Source of the DNA: Flammeovirgaceae bacterium
Lineage (GTDB): Bacteria > Bacteroidota > Bacteroidia > Cytophagales > Cyclobacteriaceae
DNA: 39,277 bases
Direction of reading: 5' to 3'
Assembly (NCBI GenBank): GCA_003229495.1
Contig: QIEB01000489.1
Location: 1-39,277, forward strand
Shown here: positions 27,881 through 36,949 of the stretch, piece by piece
Position numbering within the stretch: the stretch's first letter is position 1
Layout of the letters: the number at the start of each line of letters is the position of its first letter
Made by a program: the position numbers and the translations under genes
Notes under the pieces: generated by a model
Told to the model about the DNA's origin: nothing
The model's database searches: none
The model's input: the letters and a program-made list of their open reading frames with translations, nothing else

Positions 27881-30800
27881 TTATCTCAGTGCCAATCGAC
27901 CCAGGACATCAAAATATAGTAACACGAACAGCAGAAAACTCATGGTCCATATTATCAGTACATTAAAAATAAAGGTATCTATATAACCCCCAAACAGTGG
28001 TTTATTAGCTACCAGGAATTGTGTTCTGAAATCCAAAAAATGGTCGCTATCAGGCCATATATATATAGGATAGATCTTTTGAACCAGCTGGTCATCTTCC
28101 TCCACTATGCGATCGACGCTTTTAACATTGGTAACCATGTCGCTTACGGTCTCGTTTTGATATCGATTTCGGACCATATTGAGATCTAATGGTCCCTTTA
28201 GGTTATTTTTAAGACGCTCAGTATCCGCGACCCTTTGTTTTTCTGCATCACTGGATTTTTTGTGGTAATATTGTTTTAAACCTGACAGAAATGTTTCCGC
28301 CTGTTCCAGCACTTGATTGTCTATCTCCTCAACAGTTAATTTTTCATATTCCGGGAATTGTCTTGCACCAACAACCGCCAGCTCTTTCCCCAACTCATTT
28401 CTCAGTAATCTCAAATTAGACTCCAGTTGTTCTACCCGATCAGTCCCCATCAGATTACGACATGTCAATAATTTTGACTCCAATGTGGGAATGAAATACA
28501 CGGTTTTATAATCAGAGTTGCGCATTATCTGCTCGTTGTCAAAGAATTGTTTTTGATATGCATTAGCCTTAAACTGATGAACCACCAAAGCTTCGTAAGA
28601 CCAGCGGCTGACCATTATCTCGCCCACAAATGGTACTTTATCATGCGATCTCAGCTTCGGATGCAGGTCATCAAATTTTACTACAACGCCTCCCAATATC
28701 AGTTGTGGTATTAATAAAATTGGAATCAGAATATAAACTGTTACTGCATTCTTAAATGCCGAGCTAACGTTCAAGCCCAGTACATTAGCAAATGAAGAGG
28801 TACTGAACAGCACCAACCAATAGGCCAGAAACATCCCCCTGATTTCTAAAATCAAACATGCAATTAGTGCAAAAGTGAAAGTTTGTATGGCCGAAATGGC
28901 AAACAGGATGAAAATTTTTGAAGACAGATAACTTCCCCTGCTTAAATGCAGGAACGATTCTCTTTTGAGAATTTTACGGTCTTTAATTAACTCCTCGGCA
29001 CTTACAGTAAGCCCCATGAACAAGGCAACAATCACACTAATAAAGAAAAATGCCGGGATATTGACATTCTTGCCAAACGAATAGGCCGCTCCCTCAGCGG
29101 TGGGAAATTCTTTTACCAGAAACGCCAGAATTACCGCCAGCAGTGGTGCTTCCAATGAATTAATAAGGATGTACTGCAGATCGCTAAGTTTCGAGCGTAT
29201 GTCTCTGGCTGTAAATATTAAAAACTGCATCAATCTTGATGGGATTTGCAGCCTGCCTTCTGGTTTGTCAATCACCTTGGGAATCACAGGTAGTATTGAC
29301 CGGAACTTGAAGTGCTCTTCCCATAACTGCGGGCTTACTTTCCTCTTGTCCGTCAAACGTCCATACTCATTAACCACTTTGGTTTCAATGATGTTAAAGA
29401 TCTCTTCGGGTCGAATATTCCCACAGACTGGGCAAGTCCCCAAATCCTTGTCTATCAGATTCGATATATCCTTAAAGTATGACTCCGCCTCTACAGGGTT
29501 GCCATAGTATATTTGGTATCCACCAACATCAAGAATTGCCAAACGGTCGAACATTTTGAAAATATCCGAAGAAGGTTGATGGATTACCACGAAGATCAAC
29601 TTCCCTTTCAGCGACAACTCCTTTAACAAGTCCATGATATTTTCAGAATCCCTGGAACTCAACCCGGAAGTAGGCTCATCCACAAAAAGCACCTGTGGTT
29701 CTCTAAGTAACTCAAGACCAACATTTACCCGTTTTCTCTGGCCACCACTAATGATCTTTTCCAGCGGAGTCCCAACCTTCAAATCCCTGATCTCCGCCAG
29801 TCCCAAACTATTCAATGTCTTGATTACCAGCTTTTCAATTTCCTCTGGAGGGGTTTTGCCGAAACATAACCTGGCCGCGTAGAACAGATTCTCATAAACA
29901 GTAAGTTCTTCTATCAGAAAGTCGTCCTGCGGTATATACCCGATTACACCCTCAATTTCTGATGTCTGCAGATGGATATTGACATTATTAATGGTTATCG
30001 ATCCTTCGCTGGGACTCAAATTGCCATTCAGTACATTCATCAAAGTGGATTTTCCGGAACCACTGCTCCCCATGATCCCTACCAATTTGCCTGATTCCTC
30101 AAATATGGAGATGTCTCTAAGACCCAATGCTCCATCTGGAAATTTGTAATAAACAGCCTCGGCTTTGAATACGATTTTTTGTTGTGACTTGGTAATTAGA
30201 AACTTACTTACAACATCTGAATAGTAGATGGGTTCAGTTCGATAGGCCCTAATAGTACTCCCAGTAGAAAATACCACACCTTTGTTGTTCTTTAGGGGTA
30301 TACCATTAAGATATATGGTGGTTTTACCCAGATACTTAATAAAATAGCTCTCAACTGTTGGCATGTACAATACCACCAATTGACCTTGCAACCCACTGGC
30401 CACCATCCTGCTTATTTTGTTGGGGAGTTCGGCATTGCCGTCATCTATCACCAACAAGTTAGGTGAAACAACCGGCTTGTCTTGGTTGTAGTCTACAAAA
30501 CCAGTAATGTTCTTAACTGTCTTTCGTTTGAGCTTTAGTGCTTCACTGATGTAGTAGAGTAAATTGGATTCCCTTTCGGATACCAGCTTATCAGCGGTTA
30601 TCAGTTCAACCATTTTCAGCACCAGAACCACCTTTTGTTGCTCGGTAATCTCCTGATTTAGCTGTCTGGTTATTTGAATTATTTTGGACCAATCCTCTAC
30701 AAAATCTACGGTTTCATCATCGGTATTTTCTATTTGAACCCGTTCCGATTCTCTTTCCAATACCAGTTCGTCAAAGAGCTCCATGAACTTGTTGACTCCA

Positions 30801-30922
30801 CTTCTGTTTAGCTGACGCTCCAGAAATTCTTTTATGGTAAGGCGCTCCTTATAGGTAACACTTCCCTCTTTTGCAATTATTGCAAATAATTGGATGATCG
30901 CCTTTAATAGCTGCTCACTCAT
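27881..30922 (-). CDS. Fused ABCG-like exporter: TerB-like N-domain, FHA-like segment, NBD, ABC-2 TMD and large extracytoplasmic loop
   Basis: Walker A GSSGSGKS, ISGGQ, VLFVDEPTSG and VIHQP motifs, NBD before TMD, CPVCG linker. N-terminal LVLKMVELITADKLVSERESNLL resembles TerB helices. Confidence 0.85.
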   Translation of the reverse strand: MSEQLLKAIIQLFAIIAKEGSVTYKERLTIKEFLERQLNRSGVNKFMELFDELVLERESERVQIENTDDETVDFVEDWSKIIQITRQLNQEITEQQKVVLVLKMVELITADKLVSERESNLLYYISEALKLKRKTVKNITGFVDYNQDKPVVSPNLLVIDDGNAELPNKISRMVASGLQGQLVVLYMPTVESYFIKYLGKTTIYLNGIPLKNNKGVVFSTGSTIRAYRTEPIYYSDVVSKFLITKSQQKIVFKAEAVYYKFPDGALGLRDISIFEESGKLVGIMGSSGSGKSTLMNVLNGNLSPSEGSITINNVNIHLQTSEIEGVIGYIPQDDFLIEELTVYENLFYAARLCFGKTPPEEIEKLVIKTLNSLGLAEIRDLKVGTPLEKIISGGQRKRVNVGLELLREPQVLFVDEPTSGLSSRDSENIMDLLKELSLKGKLIFVVIHQPSSDIFKMFDRLAILDVGGYQIYYGNPVEAESYFKDISNLIDKDLGTCPVCGNIRPEEIFNIIETKVVNEYGRLTDKRKVSPQLWEEHFKFRSILPVIPKVIDKPEGRLQIPSRLMQFLIFTARDIRSKLSDLQYILINSLEAPLLAVILAFLVKEFPTAEGAAYSFGKNVNIPAFFFISVIVALFMGLTVSAEELIKDRKILKRESFLHLSRGSYLSSKIFILFAISAIQTFTFALIACLILEIRGMFLAYWLVLFSTSSFANVLGLNVSSAFKNAVTVYILIPILLIPQLILGGVVVKFDDLHPKLRSHDKVPFVGEIMVSRWSYEALVVHQFKANAYQKQFFDNEQIMRNSDYKTVYFIPTLESKLLTCRNLMGTDRVEQLESNLRLLRNELGKELAVVGARQFPEYEKLTVEEIDNQVLEQAETFLSGLKQYYHKKSSDAEKQRVADTERLKNNLKGPLDLNMVRNRYQNETVSDMVTNVKSVDRIVEEDDQLVQKIYPIYIWPDSDHFLDFRTQFLVANKPLFGGYIDTFIFNVLIIWTMSFLLFVLLYFDVLGRLALR

Positions 30923-30967
30923 ATGAGATTAACGATGTGGTGTAGAACGGCTAATTTTCTTTCCCCG

Positions 30968-30999
30968 AAAAAAAAGCATTGAATGAACTCCAATGCTTT
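30968..30999 (-). terminator. Rho-independent terminator after the lipoprotein gene
   Basis: Minus strand AAAGCATTG-GAGTTCATT-CAATGC-TTTTTTTT. Confidence 0.8.
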
Positions 31000-31020
31000 G
31001 TTCGAATTATTGACTTCAAA

Positions 31021-31935
31021 TTACCCAGTGATATACTCCCTCAGGGCACTAATCTTGCCGATCAAACCAGTCAGACTTCCTTCCTCCAGGTAAGTCATTC
31101 CCTGATTGTTCTTCATAGTCTCCTCAATATTAAGGCTGGCATATTCCTCTACAAGATCCGAAGTCATTGCAGCCAATTTGTCGGTAGTCGCATCACTGTC
31201 CAATGACTTTAAAAGGGCATTAAGTTCTCCCATTGGTTTTTCCTGGTCAAGCATAAGATTTACTAATGGAATTGCAAAAGCACCAATGCTGGAGCTGGGA
31301 TCATTTGCTGAAAGCCCTTCACCTTTTGCTGTTTTGGGAAATTTTTCAATTAAGGAACTGACAATATATAGTCCCTCCGCGAATGTACCGGTTACCACCA
31401 GGGCAGCGGTGCGGTCGCGGTCGCTGTTTTCCAGATGGAGCCTGGTATCGGCAATTGCATCATCGAGGATATCTCCAAGAGCTTCCCGTGAACCCAGGCT
31501 ACTCTCAAACTCCTGTACCATCTCGGAATCAATAGAAGAAGTAACTCCGATTTGATCTGCCAATCCCTTCATCTCATTGAAGTAGGTTAGTGCATCCTGC
31601 GATTTGTCATAAGAACTCAGGTATCCAATATCTGTGGAATAAACTCCCAGATTCAATGCTGATTTGTCATCTTCACTTTTATACTGATCCACATTGCTGA
31701 TATCATTTACCAAGCTTTCCTCAAATCCAGCACCAGTGGATTGAATGATAAATGGGATTTCGGATGGTGGTGGTACTTTAACTACTATTCTCTCAATCTG
31801 TTTTTGTATTTGTTCAACTGCCTGGTCAAATTCTTCCCCCTCATCCGTTTCCTGTTTTGGTGATGAACAAGCGCTGATCCATATTATACAAACACTGCAC
31901 ATAATAGCAGCTATCATTCTGGAGTTAATTTTCAT
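31021..31935 (-). CDS. Uncharacterised acidic helical lipoprotein
   Basis: Lipobox ISA-C followed by SSPKQETDEGEE; ALNLGVYSTDIGY segment; 304 aa. Confidence 0.85.
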   Translation of the reverse strand: MKINSRMIAAIMCSVCIIWISACSSPKQETDEGEEFDQAVEQIQKQIERIVVKVPPPSEIPFIIQSTGAGFEESLVNDISNVDQYKSEDDKSALNLGVYSTDIGYLSSYDKSQDALTYFNEMKGLADQIGVTSSIDSEMVQEFESSLGSREALGDILDDAIADTRLHLENSDRDRTAALVVTGTFAEGLYIVSSLIEKFPKTAKGEGLSANDPSSSIGAFAIPLVNLMLDQEKPMGELNALLKSLDSDATTDKLAAMTSDLVEEYASLNIEETMKNNQGMTYLEEGSLTGLIGKISALREYITG

Positions 31936-32045
31936 GATCTATTTTATGGTTGATCGGTATAAATTTAAAGAATTGGATAAGTTATAACAATAAAAATTAT
32001 TACGCAAGTGAAAGAAATCGATGGTATCTGAATCAGGTTGTTCAA

Positions 32046-32081
32046 CTCAGTTTAATCGATTTCCTCAGTTTAATCGATTTC
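32046..32081. repeat. Exact 18-nt tandem duplication with a near-palindromic AATCGATT core (candidate operators)
   Basis: CTCAGTTTAATCGATTTC occurs twice. An inverted partial copy GAAATCGAT lies at 32014-32022. Confidence 0.75.
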
Positions 32082-32144
32082 ATACTCGAACAACCATTTC
32101 AGCTATTGTGCTGAATTGTGATCAATTTTTTTTATATTGTACAT

Positions 32145-32252
32145 ACGACCAAGAAACTAAAACCAATGAATTGTCATTTGCGGGTCTTGCAAATGATTAA
32201 AAATAAAGAATGCTCAGCTAAAAACCCTGATGGTCATCGTCAGGGTTTTTTT
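32145..32252 (+). ncRNA. Candidate sRNA or attenuator leader upstream of carB
   Basis: Hairpin TCATTTGC-GGGTCTT-GCAAATGA (32174-32196) followed by a strong terminator in a divergent intergenic region. The 5' end is a guess. Confidence 0.35.
32220..32252 (+). terminator. Strong intrinsic terminator
   Basis: AAAAACCCTGA-TGGTCATCG-TCAGGG-TTTTTTT. Confidence 0.85.
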
Positions 32253-32311
32253 GTGTTCTGAAGAATAATATCAAATTATTCCCGGATCTTTTATTTGCAA
32301 CTTAATTAGTC

Positions 32312-32319
32312 TAAATTTG
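32312..32319 (+). promoter_or_regulatory. -7 promoter box TAAATTTG for carB
   Basis: Exact TAnnTTTG 45 nt upstream of the carB ATG and downstream of the terminator. Confidence 0.65.
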
Positions 32320-32364
32320 TCCAATTTTTATACTCCGTCAACTCAGTAATCTTTAAAAAGATAG

Positions 32365-35178
32365 ATGCCCAGAGATAAAAGTATCAAATCAGTTCTTATT
32401 ATTGGGAGCGGTCCTATTATAATTGGTCAGGCTTGTGAATTTGACTATAGTGGGTCTCAGGCTGCCCGGTCGCTTCGAGAAGAAGGAATAGAGGTTATAC
32501 TGATAAATTCCAACCCTGCCACTATCATGACTGATCCAGTGACAGCAGACCATATTTATCTAAAACCACTAGAGCGAAAGTACATTATTCAAATCCTGGA
32601 GGAACACCACATTGATGCGGTGCTTCCAACTATGGGCGGCCAAACAGCGCTGAACCTCGCCATTGAATGTGAAAATTCCGGTATCTGGGAAAAATATGGA
32701 GTTAAGATCATTGGAGTGGACATTAAAGCCATCGAAACCACCGAAGATCGCGAGAAATTCAGGCTGAAAATGCAGGAGTTGGAGATACACGTTTGTAGAG
32801 GAAAGACCGCCACCTCCTTTTTGCAAGGTAAAGAGATCGCTCAGGAAATAGGATTTCCCCTGGTAATACGGCCGTCCTACACCTTGGGAGGTACCGGAGG
32901 TGGGTTTGTAAATACTCCTGATTTATTCGAGAAAGCATTGAACAATGGACTTCATGCATCGCCAATTCATGAAGTTCTGATCGAGAAAAGCATCATGGGA
33001 TGGAAAGAATACGAATTGGAGTTGTTACGTGATAGCAGGGGCAACGTTATCATAATATGCTCTATCGAAAACTTCGATCCAATGGGCGTGCACACCGGAG
33101 ATTCTGTAACAGTGGCTCCAGCTATGACGTTGCCAGATACGGTGTACCAGGAGATGAGAAATCTGGCCATTCGCATGATGAATGGAATTGGAAAGTTTGC
33201 AGGCGGTTGCAATGTTCAGTTTGCCGTAAACCCTGAGAATGACAAGATCATAGCCATTGAAATCAACCCCCGGGTAAGTCGTTCTTCCGCTTTGGCCAGC
33301 AAGGCAACTGGGTACCCTATTGCTAAGGTCGCCGCAAAATTAGCTATTGGTTTTAATCTTAATGAGCTAGATAACCAGATCACCAAAACAACCAGTGCAT
33401 ATTTCGAACCAGCCTTAGACTATGTAATAGTAAAGATACCCCGTTGGAACTTTGATAAATTTAAAGGTTCAGATCAACACCTTGGTTTACAGATGAAGTC
33501 GGTGGGTGAAGTGATGGGGATTGGGCGGAACTTTCAAGAGGCATTACAAAAGGCCTGCCAGTCACTGGAGATCAACCGTAATGGTCTGGGAGCGGACGGA
33601 CGGGAAGTGCTACATAGAGAAAAACTCTTGGACAGTCTGGCCAATCCTACCTGGAACCGGTTATTTCATATATATGATGCCTTTAAATTGGGCATCCCTT
33701 TCAATACCATTCAGAACCTGACTAAAATTGACAAATGGTTCTTACAGCAAATTGAAGAGTTGATAGATCTGGAAAACCAGCTGAAAGCTAACACATTGGA
33801 CACAATTCCCAAAGACCTGCTAAGAACCGCCAAAGTAAAAGGCTACGCAGATCGTCAACTTGGACACTTATTGGGTTGTTTGGAAAGTGAGGTGTTCCAA
33901 CATCGAATCAATCTAGGTATCCAACGAGTCTATAAATTGGTAGACACCTGCGCCGCGGAATTTGAAGCTGAGACCCCATATTATTACAGTACTTTCGATG
34001 AGGAAAATGAATCGGTAAGCTCAGACAACAAAAAGATTGTGGTCCTGGGTTCAGGTCCGAACCGTATTGGTCAGGGCATAGAGTTCGACTACAGTTGTGT
34101 TCATGGAGTACTTGCCGCTAAAGAATGTGGGTATGAGACCATCATGATCAACTGCAACCCGGAAACGGTTAGCACTGATTTTGACATTGCTGATAAGCTG
34201 TACTTCGAACCGGTATTTTGGGAGCACATTTACGACATTATCATGCATGAGAAACCGGAAGGAGTGATTGTACAACTTGGTGGGCAAACCGCTCTTAAAC
34301 TTGCTGAAAAACTCACCAGGTTCGGTATTAAGGTTATCGGCACCAGCTATGAGTCGCTTGATCTTGCCGAGGATCGCGGGAAGTTTTCAACTTTATTAAA
34401 GGAAAACAACATCCCCTACCCTCCTTTCGGAGTGATAGAGGATGCAGCAGGTGCTCTGGAACTTTCAAAGGAAATTGGTTTTCCGCTTTTAGTCAGGCCT
34501 TCTTACGTGCTGGGTGGGCAGAGTATGAAGATCGTGATCAACGAGCAAGAGCTTGAGGCCCATGTTCTTGACATTCTAAAAGACATCCCCGGCAATAAAG
34601 TCCTGTTGGACCATTTTCTAGATGGAGCAATAGAAGCAGAAGCCGATGCCATCAGCGACGGAGAAGATGTTTATATCATTGGGATCATGGAGCATATAGA
34701 GCCAGCGGGTATTCACTCAGGTGATTCGTATGCGGTACTGCCTCCCTATAATCTAGGTGACTTTGTGATGCGTCAGATTGAAAAACACACCATAAAGATA
34801 ACTCTGGCCTTGAAAACCGTAGGCCTTATCAATGTTCAATTTGCTATTAAGAATGACAAGGTTTATGTTATTGAAGCCAATCCCAGAGCTAGTCGAACAG
34901 TACCATTTATTTGCAAGGCTTACAATGAACCCTATGTAAATTATGCCACCAAAGTGATGTTGGGAGAGAAGAAATTAAAGGATTTTAATTTTAGCCCTGT
35001 AAGAAATGGTTATGCTATTAAAGAGCCGGTATTTTCTTTCGATAAATTTCCCGATGTAAACAAAGAGTTAGGACCCGAAATGAAATCCACTGGAGAAGCA
35101 ATCTATTTTATCGATGACCTGATGGATGATTATTTTATGAAAATTTATTCAGAACGAAACCTGTACCTTAGTAAATAA
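32365..35178 (+). CDS. carB: Carbamoyl-phosphate synthase large subunit (short form without MGS domain)
   Basis: IGSGPIIIGQACEFDYSG and GSGPNRIGQGIEFDY, two ATP-grasp halves. Ends shortly after LGPEMKSTGE. Confidence 0.98.
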   Translation: MPRDKSIKSVLIIGSGPIIIGQACEFDYSGSQAARSLREEGIEVILINSNPATIMTDPVTADHIYLKPLERKYIIQILEEHHIDAVLPTMGGQTALNLAIECENSGIWEKYGVKIIGVDIKAIETTEDREKFRLKMQELEIHVCRGKTATSFLQGKEIAQEIGFPLVIRPSYTLGGTGGGFVNTPDLFEKALNNGLHASPIHEVLIEKSIMGWKEYELELLRDSRGNVIIICSIENFDPMGVHTGDSVTVAPAMTLPDTVYQEMRNLAIRMMNGIGKFAGGCNVQFAVNPENDKIIAIEINPRVSRSSALASKATGYPIAKVAAKLAIGFNLNELDNQITKTTSAYFEPALDYVIVKIPRWNFDKFKGSDQHLGLQMKSVGEVMGIGRNFQEALQKACQSLEINRNGLGADGREVLHREKLLDSLANPTWNRLFHIYDAFKLGIPFNTIQNLTKIDKWFLQQIEELIDLENQLKANTLDTIPKDLLRTAKVKGYADRQLGHLLGCLESEVFQHRINLGIQRVYKLVDTCAAEFEAETPYYYSTFDEENESVSSDNKKIVVLGSGPNRIGQGIEFDYSCVHGVLAAKECGYETIMINCNPETVSTDFDIADKLYFEPVFWEHIYDIIMHEKPEGVIVQLGGQTALKLAEKLTRFGIKVIGTSYESLDLAEDRGKFSTLLKENNIPYPPFGVIEDAAGALELSKEIGFPLLVRPSYVLGGQSMKIVINEQELEAHVLDILKDIPGNKVLLDHFLDGAIEAEADAISDGEDVYIIGIMEHIEPAGIHSGDSYAVLPPYNLGDFVMRQIEKHTIKITLALKTVGLINVQFAIKNDKVYVIEANPRASRTVPFICKAYNEPYVNYATKVMLGEKKLKDFNFSPVRNGYAIKEPVFSFDKFPDVNKELGPEMKSTGEAIYFIDDLMDDYFMKIYSERNLYLSK

Positions 35179-35206
35179 GTTATTATTAGAAAGTGCTTCA
35201 TTAGAT

Positions 35207-35446
35207 ATGTTGAAATTTCTGGCCATATTATTTATTGTTTCATACCTGACCTACAAAGTTGGCGGCTACCTGATACGGGCACTTTATATCACTCTGGGAC
35301 ATGACCCCTCCCAACGAAATTTTCACCGCAAATCAAAAGCAAGTGCGGATGGAAATATAAATATTGACTATGTCCCACAGGACAAAAAAAGGAGTAAAAA
35401 AGACTTTAAGGGAGGAGAATATGTCGATTACGAGGATGTTAAATAA
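35207..35446 (+). CDS. Small membrane protein, DUF4834-like
   Basis: N-terminal TM helix and C-terminal FKGGEYVDYEDVK motif. Confidence 0.75.
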   Translation: MLKFLAILFIVSYLTYKVGGYLIRALYITLGHDPSQRNFHRKSKASADGNINIDYVPQDKKRSKKDFKGGEYVDYEDVK

Positions 35447-35450
35447 TCGA

Positions 35451-35480
35451 TAGCGCGCTATGCGCCTGGCGCCAAGCGCA
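35451..35480. repeat. GC-rich palindromic 7-mer array between convergent genes
   Basis: TAGCGCGCTA palindrome, then TGCGC-C-TGGCGCCA-A-GCGCA. GCGC recurs every 7 nt. Confidence 0.6.
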
Positions 35481-35491
35481 AACACACAGCC

Positions 35492-35731
35492 CTAATTATA
35501 CCTCTTATACTTATTTTGACTATTGTATTTCTTCCAGTTTGGTGCTTTACTACTTTGCACTTTATTCCTGCTGGTGGCACTGCGAATACGGTAGTTAGTT
35601 GCTACCTCGTAGTCATTGTAGGTTGAACCATTTTGATAAATATAAGTAGTTTCGGCACAGCCTCCCATTAGCAACATAAACAGGATCATCCCTACTGGTA
35701 ATATTTTCTGTTTTTCTAATAGTGCCCTCAT
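35492..35731 (-). CDS. Small basic putative lipoprotein
   Basis: Hydrophobic ILFMLLMGG-C lipobox-like segment and a K/R-rich tail. Confidence 0.55.
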   Translation of the reverse strand: MRALLEKQKILPVGMILFMLLMGGCAETTYIYQNGSTYNDYEVATNYRIRSATSRNKVQSSKAPNWKKYNSQNKYKRYN

Positions 35732-35968
35732 CCTGCCGTGGTTAAATGTGAATAATTACTGTTGATACCTGGTGGAGCAAAATGGTAACAAGGTCGGTCT
35801 GAAATAAACTTACATCTCAGAAATTGGATGATGCCATGGATTAATTGTGCAATACATAGTATTTTGGCGAATTCAGGCCGATTTTGGTCAATTTCGAAAT
35901 CCTTTAGTACATGATCTTTTAGGATTTATTGCTACAAATCCTATTATTGCAATCCCATTCAAGCAAAC

Positions 35969-36808
35969 ATGGCCTGGTTTAGAAGAAAAGACAAAGGAAT
36001 TCAAACCCCAACCGAAGCCAAAAAGGAAGCACCTGATGGACTTTGGTATAAAACCCCCAAAGGACATCCCATCCATATCAGGGAATTAAAGAGTAACTGT
36101 TTCGTCAGTATCAAGGATGACCATCACTTCAGGATCGGATCTAATGAATACTTTGAGATTCTATTTGATGACAACAAGTTCCAGGAATTTGATTCAGATT
36201 TGACATCCGCTGACCCATTGGGGTTTGTTGATACCAAAGCATATCCGGATCGCATTGAGTCTACCCAGGAAAAAACTAATTTGAAAGATGCTGTTCGTTC
36301 AGCTACCGGCAATCTCAATGGTATTTCTATGGTAATATGTTGTATGGATTTTGAATTCATCGGTGGCTCAATGGGATCGGTAGTGGGGGAAAAAATTTCA
36401 AAAGCCATAGACTATTGCCTAAAACATGGTCTTCCACTTTTAATAATCTCGAAATCCGGAGGCGCCCGAATGATGGAGGCCGGATTTTCTTTGATGCAAA
36501 TGGCCAAGACATCCGCCAAACTATCCCTAATGGCAGATGCTGGTTTACCCTATATTAGCCTATTAACTGATCCTACTACCGGGGGTGTCACCGCTTCATT
36601 TGCCATGTTGGGTGATTTCAACATAGCGGAACCTGGGGCGTTGATCGGGTTTGCCGGACCAAGAATAATCAGGGAAACCATTGGTAAAAGTTTACCCAAG
36701 GGTTTTCAAAGTTCAGAATTTCTGCTTGAACATGGATTCCTTGATTTTATAGTTGATCGCCGCGAATTGAAGGATCGACTCACAGTGCTTCTAAAGATGC
36801 TCCAATAG
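35969..36808 (+). CDS. accD: Acetyl-CoA carboxylase carboxyltransferase beta subunit
   Basis: [41 protein letters not shown] and IGFAGPRII motifs. Confidence 0.97.
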   Translation: MAWFRRKDKGIQTPTEAKKEAPDGLWYKTPKGHPIHIRELKSNCFVSIKDDHHFRIGSNEYFEILFDDNKFQEFDSDLTSADPLGFVDTKAYPDRIESTQEKTNLKDAVRSATGNLNGISMVICCMDFEFIGGSMGSVVGEKISKAIDYCLKHGLPLLIISKSGGARMMEAGFSLMQMAKTSAKLSLMADAGLPYISLLTDPTTGGVTASFAMLGDFNIAEPGALIGFAGPRIIRETIGKSLPKGFQSSEFLLEHGFLDFIVDRRELKDRLTVLLKMLQ

Positions 36809-36811
36809 GCC

Positions 36812-36890
36812 AAGGGTTGAAGGATTGAAGGATTGAATGTTAATGATCGAATGCTAAAACAAACAGTCCCACAGTCCTGCAGTCCTGCAA
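36812..36890. repeat. Two adjacent 8-mer arrays
   Basis: AAGGGTTG AAGGATTG AAGGATTG AATG..., then ACAGTCCC ACAGTCCT GCAGTCCT GCAA. Confidence 0.7.
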
Positions 36891-36898
36891 TAATTAAT

Positions 36899-36906
36899 TA
36901 TATTTG
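36899..36906 (+). promoter_or_regulatory. -7 promoter box TATATTTG for nqrF
   Basis: Exact TAnnTTTG 43 nt upstream of the ATG at 36950. Confidence 0.7.
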
Positions 36907-36949
36907 TGACGGTTAAAATACCCGGACAAATTAAAATAATTTTACCCAT

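Noticed and set aside
36030..36130. AccD lacks the C4 zinc-finger cysteines
   Set aside because: A zinc-less AccD N-terminus is a known variant in Bacteroidota.
348..36408. Numerous 60-160 aa ORFs antisense to or nested in the annotated genes
   Set aside because: They overlap well-supported genes and show no recognisable motifs.
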